Positions 35,660 through 45,101 of a DNA stretch of 64,000 nucleotides are shown here, in pieces. The notes below the pieces were generated by a model. It did not search any database. It was not told where the DNA came from and saw only the letters and a list, made by a program, of their open reading frames with translations. The stretch lies in NCBI GenBank assembly GCA_003141835.1, contig PLNR01000002.1, positions 14,026-78,025 on the forward strand. Direction: 5' to 3'. This DNA is from Candidatus Omnitrophota bacterium (GTDB lineage Bacteria > Omnitrophota > Gorgyraeia > Pluralincolimonadales > Pluralincolimonadaceae). Made by a program: the position numbers and the translations under genes. Each line of letters opens with the position of its first letter. Position 1 is the first letter of the stretch.

Positions 35660-38469
35660 TTGTCTTTACCTACGTTGTACTTATTATAAAGGAACGAGGT
35701 GACCAGGAATATCGCGCCCAGCGCCATGAAGCTTATGATCTTATAAATTACCGCGACATGCGCCATATCAACCAATATGATCCTGGCAAGGGTGAGGCCG
35801 AAGACCGAGAACCCGCCGATCCTGAAGACTTTATCCTTAGCCGCAATTCCTATCGCGAACATCACCGCGCCTTCGGCGCCCAGGGCAAGGCTGATGAAGT
35901 TCCTGCCGACTTCCCTGAAAAGGATGAACGTTGCGACAAAAGCCGCGATGGCGAAAATGAACGGCGGGATGAGCTTCTCGGATTCCGGCGCTTCTTCCAG
36001 GCCCTTGTACATGAAATATAAGGCCGCGAATAACGCCGTTTCGACGCCGAAAACAAGCCAGTTCGCCGTATCGAAACCCCAGTTTGCGTCGATAAATACC
36101 ATCCGGACCGAGACCATCACCAGCAGGACAAGCGAATAGGCGCGGAAATACACGTCCTTTACCGCGCGGCCCGCAAAGAATAACGCGGCCATCTCAAAAG
36201 CCCACGCCAGGCTGAGCCAGCGCAGCGGTACGCAGTCCCAGAGGAAGAGGGTAAGATACGCGGCCCCTAACGCAGAATAAGCCTTGGCCAGCGAATATTC
36301 ACCGGGGAACTCATCCTTTCCCTTGAGGCGCCTGTTAAAATAATCGCATAGGAACATGGCGGCGAGGCCGGCAAACAGGATTATCCTCTTCCATGTTATC
36401 GTGCTCTCGAAAAACGTTACCGTGTAATAAAGATGGTAATCGAATACCATGGCCTTGATGAATATGACGGCGCTTCCTATAAGCGCGATTATGCGGACCG
36501 GCCTTATCTTATAACCCAGGCCCAGGACCAGTAATACCGGCAGCTGCGCCATGACCCAGATGAAATTGTGGCCGTTCTGCGTAAATACCAAGGCGAACGA
36601 GGCGACGGCCAAAAGTATGTACGAGTATATGCGGAAAGCCGTGTCCTTAAGCCAGAACGCAATAAAAGCGAGGATGAAGACCTCCTCAAAGAGCGCCACC
36701 CCGAGCCACTCTTCCGAGGCCACGCTCCACAGGAACGTGGTCAGGTATATTGTTCCGAAAAACGAATAGGCGTTCGTAAGTAATCTTTCTCCTTCGAACC
36801 GCGCACCGTCGTTTATCCTCCTGGCGATGAGGACCGATAAGAACGAGGAGGCAGCCCCGATGAAGAACATGATATCCTTCCACGCGAAGTAATGGCCGAA
36901 GACCGTAACAACCCTGAAAGTGGAGAAGTCTATCGTTACCATCCTCACGAAAACTACGGCCGCCAGTATAAGGCCGAAGACCCTGAAAGACTTCTTGCCG
37001 AAACGCTGGCCTATATAAATTATGCACGGAAGCTCGACCAGCCATATGACCGTCGTGCTTAACGGGAAGGTCCTGAGCGGCACGGCAAATGTGATAAGCG
37101 AAAGCGCTATGAGCGTATTTACGGTGGATAATACCCCGTTCTTCATCCGTGATGAGACGAGGGCCAGCACGGCATATATGACGCCGAGGCCGAGGACGAA
37201 CGGGAACTTGAAGCCGGGATATTGCGCATATATCCTCGAATAAGCCAGCACGAAGAACAGGAGGAAATTGGAAAAGTTCGCTACTGCGAGCTGTTTCTTT
37301 TCATTCTCGTTCTGGTCCTTGATCAAATATATAGATACGGTGAAGACAAGCCAGTAGAGCGCGACAAAACCGTTATCCAGCCAGAACTGGACCTGCCCCA
37401 CGTCCAGGGCCCCTGCCGGGACGAAAGAAGCGTGCACCTGTTTCACTACCCAGAATATATGCGTAAGGTACGTCAGGGCAATGCCGACGAATATCATCCT
37501 GAGCCACCGCATCCTGTAGACGAGCACCATCGATATGACCGCCAGGAAGAGGCAGCTGGCCAGCGTGAAATAATTGATGTCGCCGAGCGTCGCGGTGAAA
37601 TATCCCACGAAAAGAGCCACCGACGAGACCTCCTGCGACTTGTACTTCAGCGTGTGCACCAGTATCGCTACCGCAACCGCCGCAAGCAATACCAGGTCTA
37701 CGAGCTGGCTCTGGATGATCCGGGATGCCTGGAAATGGTACATCGCGTAAGTGGTAAAATACGTTATCGCCCATCCACCACCCAAAAGGCTGCGCCCGTA
37801 ATAAGTGAGCCCTGCTTTCTTTTCCAGTTTGACGCCTAAGACAAGCAAGCCGGCGCCTATGATATAGCCGGTGAGTATTTTCGCGAACGGGCCAAAATAC
37901 TTAAACGTATAACTTATAAGGAAGGTAACGCCCATAGCCAGGACCAGAATGCCGATTTTATTAAGCCAGTATTTACCCATTTTCTGTTCGAGCCCGACGG
38001 ATCTTTCTGGCGGAACTTCTAGAGCAGGATGCGCGATCAATGGGGCGGGTACCGGCGCTGCCGGCGCCTCTTCCGGTTCAGCGGCTCTTTCCGGCTCAAC
38101 AGGCGCTTCCGGAGGCGCTGCAGGTTCTTGGACGGAAGATTCTTTTAGCATATTTTCTAGGGTTTTTATCCGATAGATGAGATCCGAATAGAGAGTCTTG
38201 ATGCGGTCTAGCTCTATTTTTATCTCCTCTAGCGATAGCGGGCTGCCCGTGATCCGGGCCGAAGGCGCTTCGCTTTTATTGGCCTCGACTTTCGGTAATA
38301 ATGAAATAACGAGCAGGGCGACCGGTCCTCCGATGCATCCCAGGAGGATCCACACTATCGCGCTCCTGTTTTTGGCGGTAGCGGCGATGATAGGACAGGC
38401 AATTATCGAAACTACCCACAAAAAAGAGAATAGTTTAAAGATCGTTTCGATCGTATCAAAGTAATACAT
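35656..38469 (-). CDS. large (937 aa) polytopic membrane protein with N-terminal coiled-coil and Pro/Ala/Glu-rich linker (DUF2339-like)
   Basis: More than 20 hydrophobic segments. EAPVEPERAAEPEEAPAAPVPAP low-complexity linker. Co-operonic with marR. Confidence 0.65.
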   Translation of the reverse strand: MYYFDTIETIFKLFSFLWVVSIIACPIIAATAKNRSAIVWILLGCIGGPVALLVISLLPKVEANKSEAPSARITGSPLSLEEIKIELDRIKTLYSDLIYRIKTLENMLKESSVQEPAAPPEAPVEPERAAEPEEAPAAPVPAPLIAHPALEVPPERSVGLEQKMGKYWLNKIGILVLAMGVTFLISYTFKYFGPFAKILTGYIIGAGLLVLGVKLEKKAGLTYYGRSLLGGGWAITYFTTYAMYHFQASRIIQSQLVDLVLLAAVAVAILVHTLKYKSQEVSSVALFVGYFTATLGDINYFTLASCLFLAVISMVLVYRMRWLRMIFVGIALTYLTHIFWVVKQVHASFVPAGALDVGQVQFWLDNGFVALYWLVFTVSIYLIKDQNENEKKQLAVANFSNFLLFFVLAYSRIYAQYPGFKFPFVLGLGVIYAVLALVSSRMKNGVLSTVNTLIALSLITFAVPLRTFPLSTTVIWLVELPCIIYIGQRFGKKSFRVFGLILAAVVFVRMVTIDFSTFRVVTVFGHYFAWKDIMFFIGAASSFLSVLIARRINDGARFEGERLLTNAYSFFGTIYLTTFLWSVASEEWLGVALFEEVFILAFIAFWLKDTAFRIYSYILLAVASFALVFTQNGHNFIWVMAQLPVLLVLGLGYKIRPVRIIALIGSAVIFIKAMVFDYHLYYTVTFFESTITWKRIILFAGLAAMFLCDYFNRRLKGKDEFPGEYSLAKAYSALGAAYLTLFLWDCVPLRWLSLAWAFEMAALFFAGRAVKDVYFRAYSLVLLVMVSVRMVFIDANWGFDTANWLVFGVETALFAALYFMYKGLEEAPESEKLIPPFIFAIAAFVATFILFREVGRNFISLALGAEGAVMFAIGIAAKDKVFRIGGFSVFGLTLARIILVDMAHVAVIYKIISFMALGAIFLVTSFLYNKYNVGKDK

Positions 38470-38914
38470 CTTCGGCCCTCCTTAAGCCCTTTTCGATCCT
38501 GCTTATTATTTCGGTGAGGTCGCCCTTATCCTTTTCATCCAGGAACCATACGAGCTGCTTGAGGTTATCGAAATATTTCTCCTCGACCCTCTTAATGAGA
38601 TCCTTCCCCTTCTGCGTTATGGCGATGTACTTTACCCTGCGGTCGTCGGTACTGCCTTCCCTTTTCACGAGCCCGAGTTTCTCGAGCCTGTCGATAATGC
38701 CGGTAATGTTCGAGCGGGAAACGACGCGATGGCCGCCCAGGTCGCTCTGCGTCAACCTCTTTTCCGAATACTTAAGTATGACCAGGACGTCGTATTGGGC
38801 GGTCGTGACGCCGTATTTGCTGAAAAACCTGTCGCCTGCCTTGACAAGCGCTTCGGAAATACGCACCACTTTCAGCATAGTGTCGTTATTTAGCATGTCC
38901 AGTTCGGTAGCCAT
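38456..38914 (-). CDS. MarR-family transcriptional regulator
   Basis: LTTAQYDVLVIL...LTQSDLGGHRVVSRSNITGIIDRLEKLGLVKRE...DRR, a MarR wHTH. The start is chosen at MATELD, 7 nt after GGAG. Confidence 0.8.
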   Translation of the reverse strand: MATELDMLNNDTMLKVVRISEALVKAGDRFFSKYGVTTAQYDVLVILKYSEKRLTQSDLGGHRVVSRSNITGIIDRLEKLGLVKREGSTDDRRVKYIAITQKGKDLIKRVEEKYFDNLKQLVWFLDEKDKGDLTEIISRIEKGLRRAEDVLL

Positions 38915-38941
38915 GACCATCTCCTCACATTTGTTATTATG

Positions 38942-38967
38942 ATAATAGTTTATACCATAACTATTAT
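38942..38967 (-). promoter_or_regulatory. palindromic candidate MarR operator (ATAATAGTT-N8-AACTATTAT) overlapping a TTGACA-N17-TAAACT promoter
   Basis: Perfect 9-bp inverted repeat immediately upstream of marR. On the minus strand the -35 and -10 elements bracket it. Confidence 0.35.
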
Positions 38968-39010
38968 GTTGTCAAGTATATTTTTAAAAAAATTTGGTTA
39001 GTTAAAACGG

Positions 39011-39388
39011 CTACTCTATCTTGTATTCCACCGGGCGGGTAAATGCCTTCTTAAAATCAAAAACGTCCTTAAAGTCTCCTATCGAATCCGCCTCTGTCTT
39101 GGCAAGGAGCTTCACTTCTATGAGGTTAAATACGATATTGCCGAAGTCCCCTGTCTTGGTGATGCCCCAGTGTTCGAGGACGTCTTTGGCCATTGGGCCG
39201 AACTGCTCTACCGCGTAAAGCCGCATCCCGTCGGAAAGCTCCTGCCCGGTCACGTGCCGCGGTTTGTCGAGTTTGGCCACCGTAAAATTAAGCCCCCTGA
39301 GGACGAAGAAATACGCCTCCTCGGGATACCCGGGGTCTTTTTTCGCCAGGTCCTCTATTATCCGGATCAGGTTGAATTCGTCTTTCAT
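39011..39388 (-). CDS. hypothetical protein
   Basis: 125-aa ORF overlapping the nudix stop. No motif recognised. Confidence 0.45.
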   Translation of the reverse strand: MKDEFNLIRIIEDLAKKDPGYPEEAYFFVLRGLNFTVAKLDKPRHVTGQELSDGMRLYAVEQFGPMAKDVLEHWGITKTGDFGNIVFNLIEVKLLAKTEADSIGDFKDVFDFKKAFTRPVEYKIE

Positions 39389-39909
39389 CTCTTGCCCGTA
39401 ACAAGCAGGAGCGCGATTATCGTCTTCGCGTCCTTTATCTTGCCTTCCTTTATATACCTTAACGCGTCCGGGAGCTTGACCACCTTTACTTTTATATCTT
39501 CGTCAAAATCAGCCGCAAGCTTTGAAGGCCTGAGGCCCGTCGCCTTGTAGATATCCACGAATTCATCGGTAACGCCGGGCGAAGGATAAAATATGCTGAT
39601 TTTTTCGAATTTCCCGGCGGCGTAACCTATCTCTTCCCGTATCTCCCTCTTCGCGGCAGAGAGCGGCGCTTCGCCTTTGTGCAGCGTGCCGGCAGGTATC
39701 TCAAGGAGCCTTTCGCCGACAGCGTAACGGAATTGCTCGACCAGCACGACCTTGTCTTTAGTGAGGAACGGGATGATCCCGACCGAGCCGATATGGTGGA
39801 CCACCTCCCACCTCGCCTTGCGGCCCCTTATCAGCCCGTCGCTTACTACGAGCCGGACTATCCTGCCGTCGTAGACGAGCGTCTTCTTCTGGAGTTTGAA
39901 TCTTGCCAT
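39385..39909 (-). CDS. NUDIX hydrolase (ADP-ribose pyrophosphatase-like)
   Basis: Nudix box GTLHKGEAPLSAAKREIREEIGY. Confidence 0.8.
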   Translation of the reverse strand: MARFKLQKKTLVYDGRIVRLVVSDGLIRGRKARWEVVHHIGSVGIIPFLTKDKVVLVEQFRYAVGERLLEIPAGTLHKGEAPLSAAKREIREEIGYAAGKFEKISIFYPSPGVTDEFVDIYKATGLRPSKLAADFDEDIKVKVVKLPDALRYIKEGKIKDAKTIIALLLVTGKR

Positions 39910-39949
39910 GGCCGTATTCTACACGTTTATCGGGCAAAAAACAACCCCC

Positions 39950-39993
39950 GGCAATAAGAAAAGGGGCATCTCACTTTTCAGTAAGATGCCCCC
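39950..39993 (-). terminator. candidate intrinsic terminator downstream of cspA
   Basis: On the minus strand, GGGGCATCT-(14-nt loop)-AGATGCCCC is followed by TTTTTCTTATT. Confidence 0.5.
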
Positions 39994-40015
39994 AATTCTT
40001 CTGGTTTCTCTAGGA

Positions 40016-40216
40016 TTAGAGCTTTACTACTTTCGTAGCCTGCTCACCCTTGGGACCTTTTTCGATCTCGAACTCGACTTCCTGTCCCTCGGTTAAAGAT
40101 TTATAACCTTCACCCTGGATCGAGCTGTGATGTACGAATACATCCTTGCCGTTCTCAGGAGTAATGAATCCGTAACCTTTCTGGTCGCTGAACCACTTAA
40201 CTTTACCTTTTGCCAT
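40016..40216 (-). CDS. cspA: cold-shock protein (CspA family)
   Basis: [34 protein letters not shown]1/RNP2 motifs. 66 aa. Confidence 0.9.
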   Translation of the reverse strand: MAKGKVKWFSDQKGYGFITPENGKDVFVHHSSIQGEGYKSLTEGQEVEFEIEKGPKGEQATKVVKL

Positions 40217-40338
40217 TATTTACTAACCTCCTTTCCTCTTGGATTATAGTAAATAATGACAGAAAAAACCCGCAAGGCTAGAATTATCATCAACCGTTGC
40301 GGTATAGGATTTCTAATCTTTTATTTACTACGGAGTTA

Positions 40339-40366
40339 AGTATAACATATATCCGCTTCTTGTCAA
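40339..40366 (-). promoter_or_regulatory. candidate cspA promoter (TTGACA-N16-TATACT) with ~115-nt 5'UTR
   Basis: Read on the minus strand. The long 5'UTR with internal stem-loops is typical of csp genes. Confidence 0.35.
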
Positions 40367-40400
40367 GAATTATTTATGGTTGTTACCAGTATTTATACCT

Positions 40401-40430
40401 TTGACATCTTGGCCATGTATTTTGTATAAT
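40401..40430 (+). promoter_or_regulatory. candidate sigma70 promoter of the nuo operon (TTGACA-N18-TATAAT, TG immediately upstream of -10)
   Basis: tttgacatcttggccatgtattttgTATAAT lies ~60 nt upstream of nuoA. It is divergent from the cspA promoter. Confidence 0.5.
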
Positions 40431-40488
40431 CATACAAGCCAACCATTATCATGGCCAGCAAGACAGTCCAGGAGCCTAAGACCAAATT

Positions 40489-40845
40489 ATGATAGCGGAT
40501 TACGGATACGTAGGGTTATTCCTCCTCTTCGGGATCGCTTTTGTGGCCGGGGCATTTGTCGTATCCTGGTTCCTGCGCCCGCGCGACCCCAATCCCGCCA
40601 AAAAATCATGTTACGAGTGCGGCGAAGTGGTAAAGGGCAGTTCGTGGATACAGTTTAACGTCCGGTACTACCTTATAGCCCTTATATTCGTCGTCTTCGA
40701 CGTCGAAGTCCTCTTCCTCGTGCCCTGGGCGGTCGTCCTCCGCGAGCTGGGGATCGTCGCCTTCGTTGAGATGATTGTCTTCATAGCCATCCTTATGGCC
40801 GGCCTAGCATACGCCTGGAAGAAAGGAGCCCTCGAATGGCAGTGA
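40489..40845 (+). CDS. nuoA: NADH-quinone oxidoreductase subunit A
   Basis: 118-aa 3-TM protein with a CYECG motif, at the head of the nuo cluster. Confidence 0.8.
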   Translation: MIADYGYVGLFLLFGIAFVAGAFVVSWFLRPRDPNPAKKSCYECGEVVKGSSWIQFNVRYYLIALIFVVFDVEVLFLVPWAVVLRELGIVAFVEMIVFIAILMAGLAYAWKKGALEWQ

Positions 40846-41348
40846 TCGAGAAGATCCCGGCTTCGGGGCTTATCGAGAAGTTCCCGGGCGGCGGGATCAT
40901 CCTAACTACCGGGGAGAGCGTCCTTAAATGGAGCAAGGCCTCCTCGCTCTGGCCGCTTACCTTCGGCCTCGCCTGCTGCGCCATCGAGATGATAAGCACG
41001 GGCGCCCCCAGGTTCGACATAGACAGGTTCGGCGCAGGGGTATTCCGCGCCTCCCCGAGGCAATGCGACGTGATGATCGTTGCCGGGACTATCTGCGTCA
41101 AGATGGGCGATTGCATGAAACGCCTCTACGCTCAGATGCCCGAGCCGAAATACGTCATCGCGATGGGCAATTGCGCTGTCTCAGGCGGGATCTTCTACCA
41201 TGATACCTATTCTGTCGTCAAAGGCACCGAGGCGCTCGGGATACCGGTCGATGTCCATATACCGGGCTGCCCGCCGCGTCCCGAGAATCTCCTCTTCGGC
41301 CTGATGAAACTCCAGGAAAAAATAAGGAACGAAAAACGTGGCAGTTGA
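40836..41348 (+). CDS. nuoB: NADH-quinone oxidoreductase subunit B
   Basis: LACCAIEM...GTICVKMG...PGCPP, the N2-cluster Cys motifs. Confidence 0.9.
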   Translation: MAVIEKIPASGLIEKFPGGGIILTTGESVLKWSKASSLWPLTFGLACCAIEMISTGAPRFDIDRFGAGVFRASPRQCDVMIVAGTICVKMGDCMKRLYAQMPEPKYVIAMGNCAVSGGIFYHDTYSVVKGTEALGIPVDVHIPGCPPRPENLLFGLMKLQEKIRNEKRGS

Positions 41349-41736
41349 CGCTCCCGAAAAACAGGTAGAGATACAAAAAGAAGCCCTGTTGGAGGCGGCG
41401 CGCCGCCTTTTTAGCGAAGGATTCGATAACCTCCATTGCGTTACCGCGGTAGATAAGAACGATAGCATCGAGCTTGTCTACATCTTCTATTCTATGGGCA
41501 GTCGCGCCTGCACGATATTAAAGACACGGCTTGCGCTTAACGACCTTGCCGTAGAGAGCCTGGCAAATATCTGGAGATCAGCAGACTGGCTCGAGCGCGA
41601 AGTATACGACCTCTTCGGAGTGAAATTCCTGAACCACCCGAATTTAAAAAGAATATTAAATCCGGACGATTGGGACGTCCATCCGCTAAGAAAGAGCTTC
41701 GAGAGGCCGGATATCGTAAAGAAGACGAGATATTGA
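41338..41736 (+). CDS. nuoC: NADH-quinone oxidoreductase subunit C (30-kDa subunit), GTG start
   Basis: ERE.YDLFG..F..HP.L.R.L motif. 132 aa. Confidence 0.8.
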   Translation: MAVDAPEKQVEIQKEALLEAARRLFSEGFDNLHCVTAVDKNDSIELVYIFYSMGSRACTILKTRLALNDLAVESLANIWRSADWLEREVYDLFGVKFLNHPNLKRILNPDDWDVHPLRKSFERPDIVKKTRY

Positions 41737-41737
41737 T

Positions 41738-42856
41738 ATGGAAGCCGTAAAAGAAAACCTGCAAACCGAAGAATTCTGGGTTAATATGGGCCCGCAGCAT
41801 CCGTCGACGCACGGCGTCCTCTACCTTGAGGTCAAGCTGAGCGGCGAGACTGTCGTCGACCTTATCACCCACATCGGATACCTCCATCGCGGCATGGAGA
41901 AGATCGCCGAGAACCGCACATATACGCAGTTCATACCTTTTACCGACAGGCTGGATTATATCGCCTCTATGGGAAATAACCTCGGCTATGTCCTCGCGGT
42001 CGAAAAATTAATGAAAACTGAAGTTAACGACCGCGCGAAATACATCCGCGTGATAATCGCCGAGCTGCAGAGGGTCGCAAGCCATCTCGTAGGCATCACG
42101 ACCTTCGCGCAGGACCTCGGCGCGTTCGCGACTCCCCTATTTTACGGGTTCCGCGAGCGCGAGAAGATAGTCGAGCTCTTTGACGAGATATGCGGCAACC
42201 GGCTTACCTATAATTACATGAGGATAGGCGGCCTGCAGTTCGACCTTCCGAAAGGCGCGGACGAAAAGATCAGGGCTATAGTCAAATATATGAGGCCGAA
42301 GATAGACGACCTGGAGAGCTTATTCAGCTCGAACGTGATATTTACCGCAAGGACAAAGGGCGTCGGAGTCCTCACTAAAGAAAAAGCAATAAATTACAGT
42401 GTGACCGGCCCGAACCTGCGCGCCTCAGGCGTCAAATGGGACCTGCGCAAGGATGAACCATACCTCTGTTATGACAGGTTCAATTTCGATATCCCGACAG
42501 GCGCCAACGGCGACTCTTGGGACAGGTATAAGGTGAGGATCGAGGAGATGAGGCAAAGTTTGCGCATCGTGGAACAGGCGATAGGCGGCCTGCCGGATGG
42601 CGATCCGACGGTCAAGATAGGCCGTATCATCAAGCCGGAGGCTGGTGCATCATATATGAGAACCGAAGCACCGCGCGGAGAATTAGGCTTCTACATCGTA
42701 AGCGACGGGTCGGCGTATCCTTACCGGATGAAGATCCGCTCCCCTTCTTTTTCAAACCTCGCGGTACTTTCGGAGCTGTCGAAAGGGATAAAGGTCGCCG
42801 ATGTCGTCTGCGTTCTCGGCAGCCTCGATATAGTCATGGGAGACATAGACAGGTGA
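41738..42856 (+). CDS. nuoD: NADH-quinone oxidoreductase subunit D (49-kDa subunit)
   Basis: MGPQHPSTHGVL...RPKIDDLE, ending in ...GSLDIVMGDIDR. Confidence 0.9.
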   Translation: MEAVKENLQTEEFWVNMGPQHPSTHGVLYLEVKLSGETVVDLITHIGYLHRGMEKIAENRTYTQFIPFTDRLDYIASMGNNLGYVLAVEKLMKTEVNDRAKYIRVIIAELQRVASHLVGITTFAQDLGAFATPLFYGFREREKIVELFDEICGNRLTYNYMRIGGLQFDLPKGADEKIRAIVKYMRPKIDDLESLFSSNVIFTARTKGVGVLTKEKAINYSVTGPNLRASGVKWDLRKDEPYLCYDRFNFDIPTGANGDSWDRYKVRIEEMRQSLRIVEQAIGGLPDGDPTVKIGRIIKPEAGASYMRTEAPRGELGFYIVSDGSAYPYRMKIRSPSFSNLAVLSELSKGIKVADVVCVLGSLDIVMGDIDR

Positions 42857-43830
42857 TGGTCTCTATCCTTACTTTCATAGTCATGATAGTCGTCGGCGCG
42901 GTAGTCCTCGGGTTTATCGCGGTATCGGCGATGTTCCTTATATGGTGGGAGCGGAAGGTATCGGCCCATATCCAGACCAGGTACGGCCCGATGCGAGTGG
43001 GCTGGCATGGCGTGCTCCAGTCGGTAGCGGATGTCGTGAAATTGCTCCTTAAGGAAAATATCACCCCGGAGGGGGTAGATAAGCCGGTCTGGTGGCTTGC
43101 GCCGTTCTTCGCCGTCGTCCCGTCGGTCATGGTCTTCGTCTGCATCCCGTTCGGAAACTTGTTCGGGATCAATTTAATAGCGCGCGACCTGAACATCGGC
43201 ATCCTTTATATAATGGCTCTTACCTCTATCTGCGTCCTGGGGATATTCATGGCCGGATGGGGCTCGAATAACAAATATTCGCTGCTCGGCGGCATGCGTT
43301 CGGCCGCGCAGATAGTCAGCTACGAAGTGCCGTTGATAATTTCGATGGTGACCGCGGCCATGTTCGCCGGCACCCTTTCCATGCAGAAGATCGTAGAGGC
43401 GCAAAAGGGAATGTGGTTCGTATTCCAGCCGAATATGGCGCTGGCATTCGTCATATTCGTCATCTCGGCGACGGCGGAGATAAACCGCACGCCGTTCGAT
43501 ATCCCTGAGGCCGAGTCGGAGCTGGTCGCCGGGTTCCATACGGAATATTCCGGGATGAAATTCGCGATGTTCTTCCTCGGAGAATATACGAATCTTTTTA
43601 TTGTATCCGCGTTAGCGGCGACATTATTCTTAGGCGGCTGGCAGGGGCCGTTCTTGTCGCCGGTATTATGGTTTTTGATAAAGACGTACGGCATCATAAC
43701 CGTGCTGATGTGGGTGAGGTGGACTTTCCCGAGGGTGCGCGTAGACCAGTTGATGGGCTTCGCCTGGAAAGTTCTCACGCCGATAGCGTTCGCGAACCTC
43801 GTTGTTGCGGGATGGGTACTACTAAGATGA
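42853..43830 (+). CDS. nuoH: NADH-quinone oxidoreductase subunit H (start GTG 42853 or ATG 42856)
   Basis: WWERKVSAHIQTRYGP... and ...EAESELVAGFHTEYSG motifs. nuoH directly follows nuoD, with no nuoE/F/G between them. Confidence 0.9.
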   Translation: MMVSILTFIVMIVVGAVVLGFIAVSAMFLIWWERKVSAHIQTRYGPMRVGWHGVLQSVADVVKLLLKENITPEGVDKPVWWLAPFFAVVPSVMVFVCIPFGNLFGINLIARDLNIGILYIMALTSICVLGIFMAGWGSNNKYSLLGGMRSAAQIVSYEVPLIISMVTAAMFAGTLSMQKIVEAQKGMWFVFQPNMALAFVIFVISATAEINRTPFDIPEAESELVAGFHTEYSGMKFAMFFLGEYTNLFIVSALAATLFLGGWQGPFLSPVLWFLIKTYGIITVLMWVRWTFPRVRVDQLMGFAWKVLTPIAFANLVVAGWVLLR

Positions 43831-44270
43831 TAAGATACTTTAAAGACATAATCACCGGCGCCTGGAGCCTGATAAAGGGACTCTTCGTCACATTCAAGAA
43901 TTTGTTCTCAAAAGCGGTGACCATACAATACCCGACGCAGAAATTACAGATGACCGAGAGGTATCGCGGCCTCGCGGACCTGCGCGTCGAGAAATGCATC
44001 AAATGTTACATGTGCGTCAAGATATGCCCGACCGGATGCCTGTCGCTGGCGCACAAGGAGAACGCCGAGAAGAAAAAGGAGTTCGAGCATTTCAAGTACA
44101 ACATGGAGCTCTGCTGTTTCTGCGGCATGTGCGAACAGGTATGCCCGACGCAGGCGATATATATGAACAAGATATACGAGATAGCGGTATACGACCGCGA
44201 TAAGATAACGCACATAGACCTTTTAAATGCGGGGAAGTATGATGAGTGGGCCCATCCAACTGTTAAATAA
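43827..44270 (+). CDS. nuoI: NADH-quinone oxidoreductase subunit I (2x[4Fe-4S])
   Basis: CIKCYMCVKICP and CCFCGMCEQVCP. The start ATG at 43827 overlaps the nuoH stop (ATGA). Confidence 0.85.
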   Translation: MIRYFKDIITGAWSLIKGLFVTFKNLFSKAVTIQYPTQKLQMTERYRGLADLRVEKCIKCYMCVKICPTGCLSLAHKENAEKKKEFEHFKYNMELCCFCGMCEQVCPTQAIYMNKIYEIAVYDRDKITHIDLLNAGKYDEWAHPTVK

Positions 44271-44796
44271 CCTGCTTAATAATTACGGGATGCCGCAGGG
44301 CTTCATCGTCCAGGCGTCGTTCTATGTAATCGCGGCGTTCGCGGTCATATCCGCGCTCGGCGTCGTGGTTTCGCGTAATATCTTCCATTGCGCCATATTT
44401 CTGGCCCTCTCCCTCTTCTGTGTCGCCGGTATCTATTTATTCCTTAGCGCGGAATTCCTGGCAGTTGTCCAGGTCCTTATATACGTAGGCGCGATAGTGA
44501 CCCTGTTCCTCTTCGCGATAATGCTGACAGCGAACATCGGCGACAGGTCGATCAGGCACACGAACAGGCAGGTCCTGGCAGGCGGCGTGGTCGCGATAAT
44601 AATATCTATCTTCTTCATATTCGTGATAATAGGCGAGCCGTGGAAGAAAGCGCTCGTACAGGCCCGGCCGTTGACCCTCCAGGAGATCGGCAAGTCGCTC
44701 ATGTCGGCGTACGCGTTGCCGTTCGAGGTCATATCGCTTATCCTGCTAGCCGCCCTCGTCGGGGCGATAGTGATAGGAAAGGTGAGGAAAGAATGA
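44227..44796 (+). CDS. nuoJ: NADH-quinone oxidoreductase subunit J
   Basis: Hydrophobic, about 180 aa, in the position between I and K. Confidence 0.75.
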   Translation: MRGSMMSGPIQLLNNLLNNYGMPQGFIVQASFYVIAAFAVISALGVVVSRNIFHCAIFLALSLFCVAGIYLFLSAEFLAVVQVLIYVGAIVTLFLFAIMLTANIGDRSIRHTNRQVLAGGVVAIIISIFFIFVIIGEPWKKALVQARPLTLQEIGKSLMSAYALPFEVISLILLAALVGAIVIGKVRKE

Positions 44797-45101
44797 TACC
44801 CCAGAGCCATTTTCTTATATTGGGCGCCGTACTCTTCGCGATAGGGCTTTACGGCGCGCTGACCCGCAGGACCGCCATCGGCATACTGATGTCGATCGAG
44901 CTCATCCTTAACGCGGCGAACATAAACCTTATCACCTTCAATAAATTCCTGGGCAGCCCCGACGGGCTCGGCCAGATATTCGCGTTATTCGTCATCGCTA
45001 TTGCCGCCGCATCGGCCGTGGTCGGCCTTGTGCTCGTCATAGCCGTATACAGGAACATGAAGACAATATTCACCGAAAAGATGAACATGCTCAAATGGTA
45101 A
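44793..45101 (+). CDS. nuoK: NADH-quinone oxidoreductase subunit K
   Basis: MIPQSHFLILGAVLFAIGLYGALTRR...SIELILNAANINL. 102 aa. Confidence 0.85.
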   Translation: MIPQSHFLILGAVLFAIGLYGALTRRTAIGILMSIELILNAANINLITFNKFLGSPDGLGQIFALFVIAIAAASAVVGLVLVIAVYRNMKTIFTEKMNMLKW

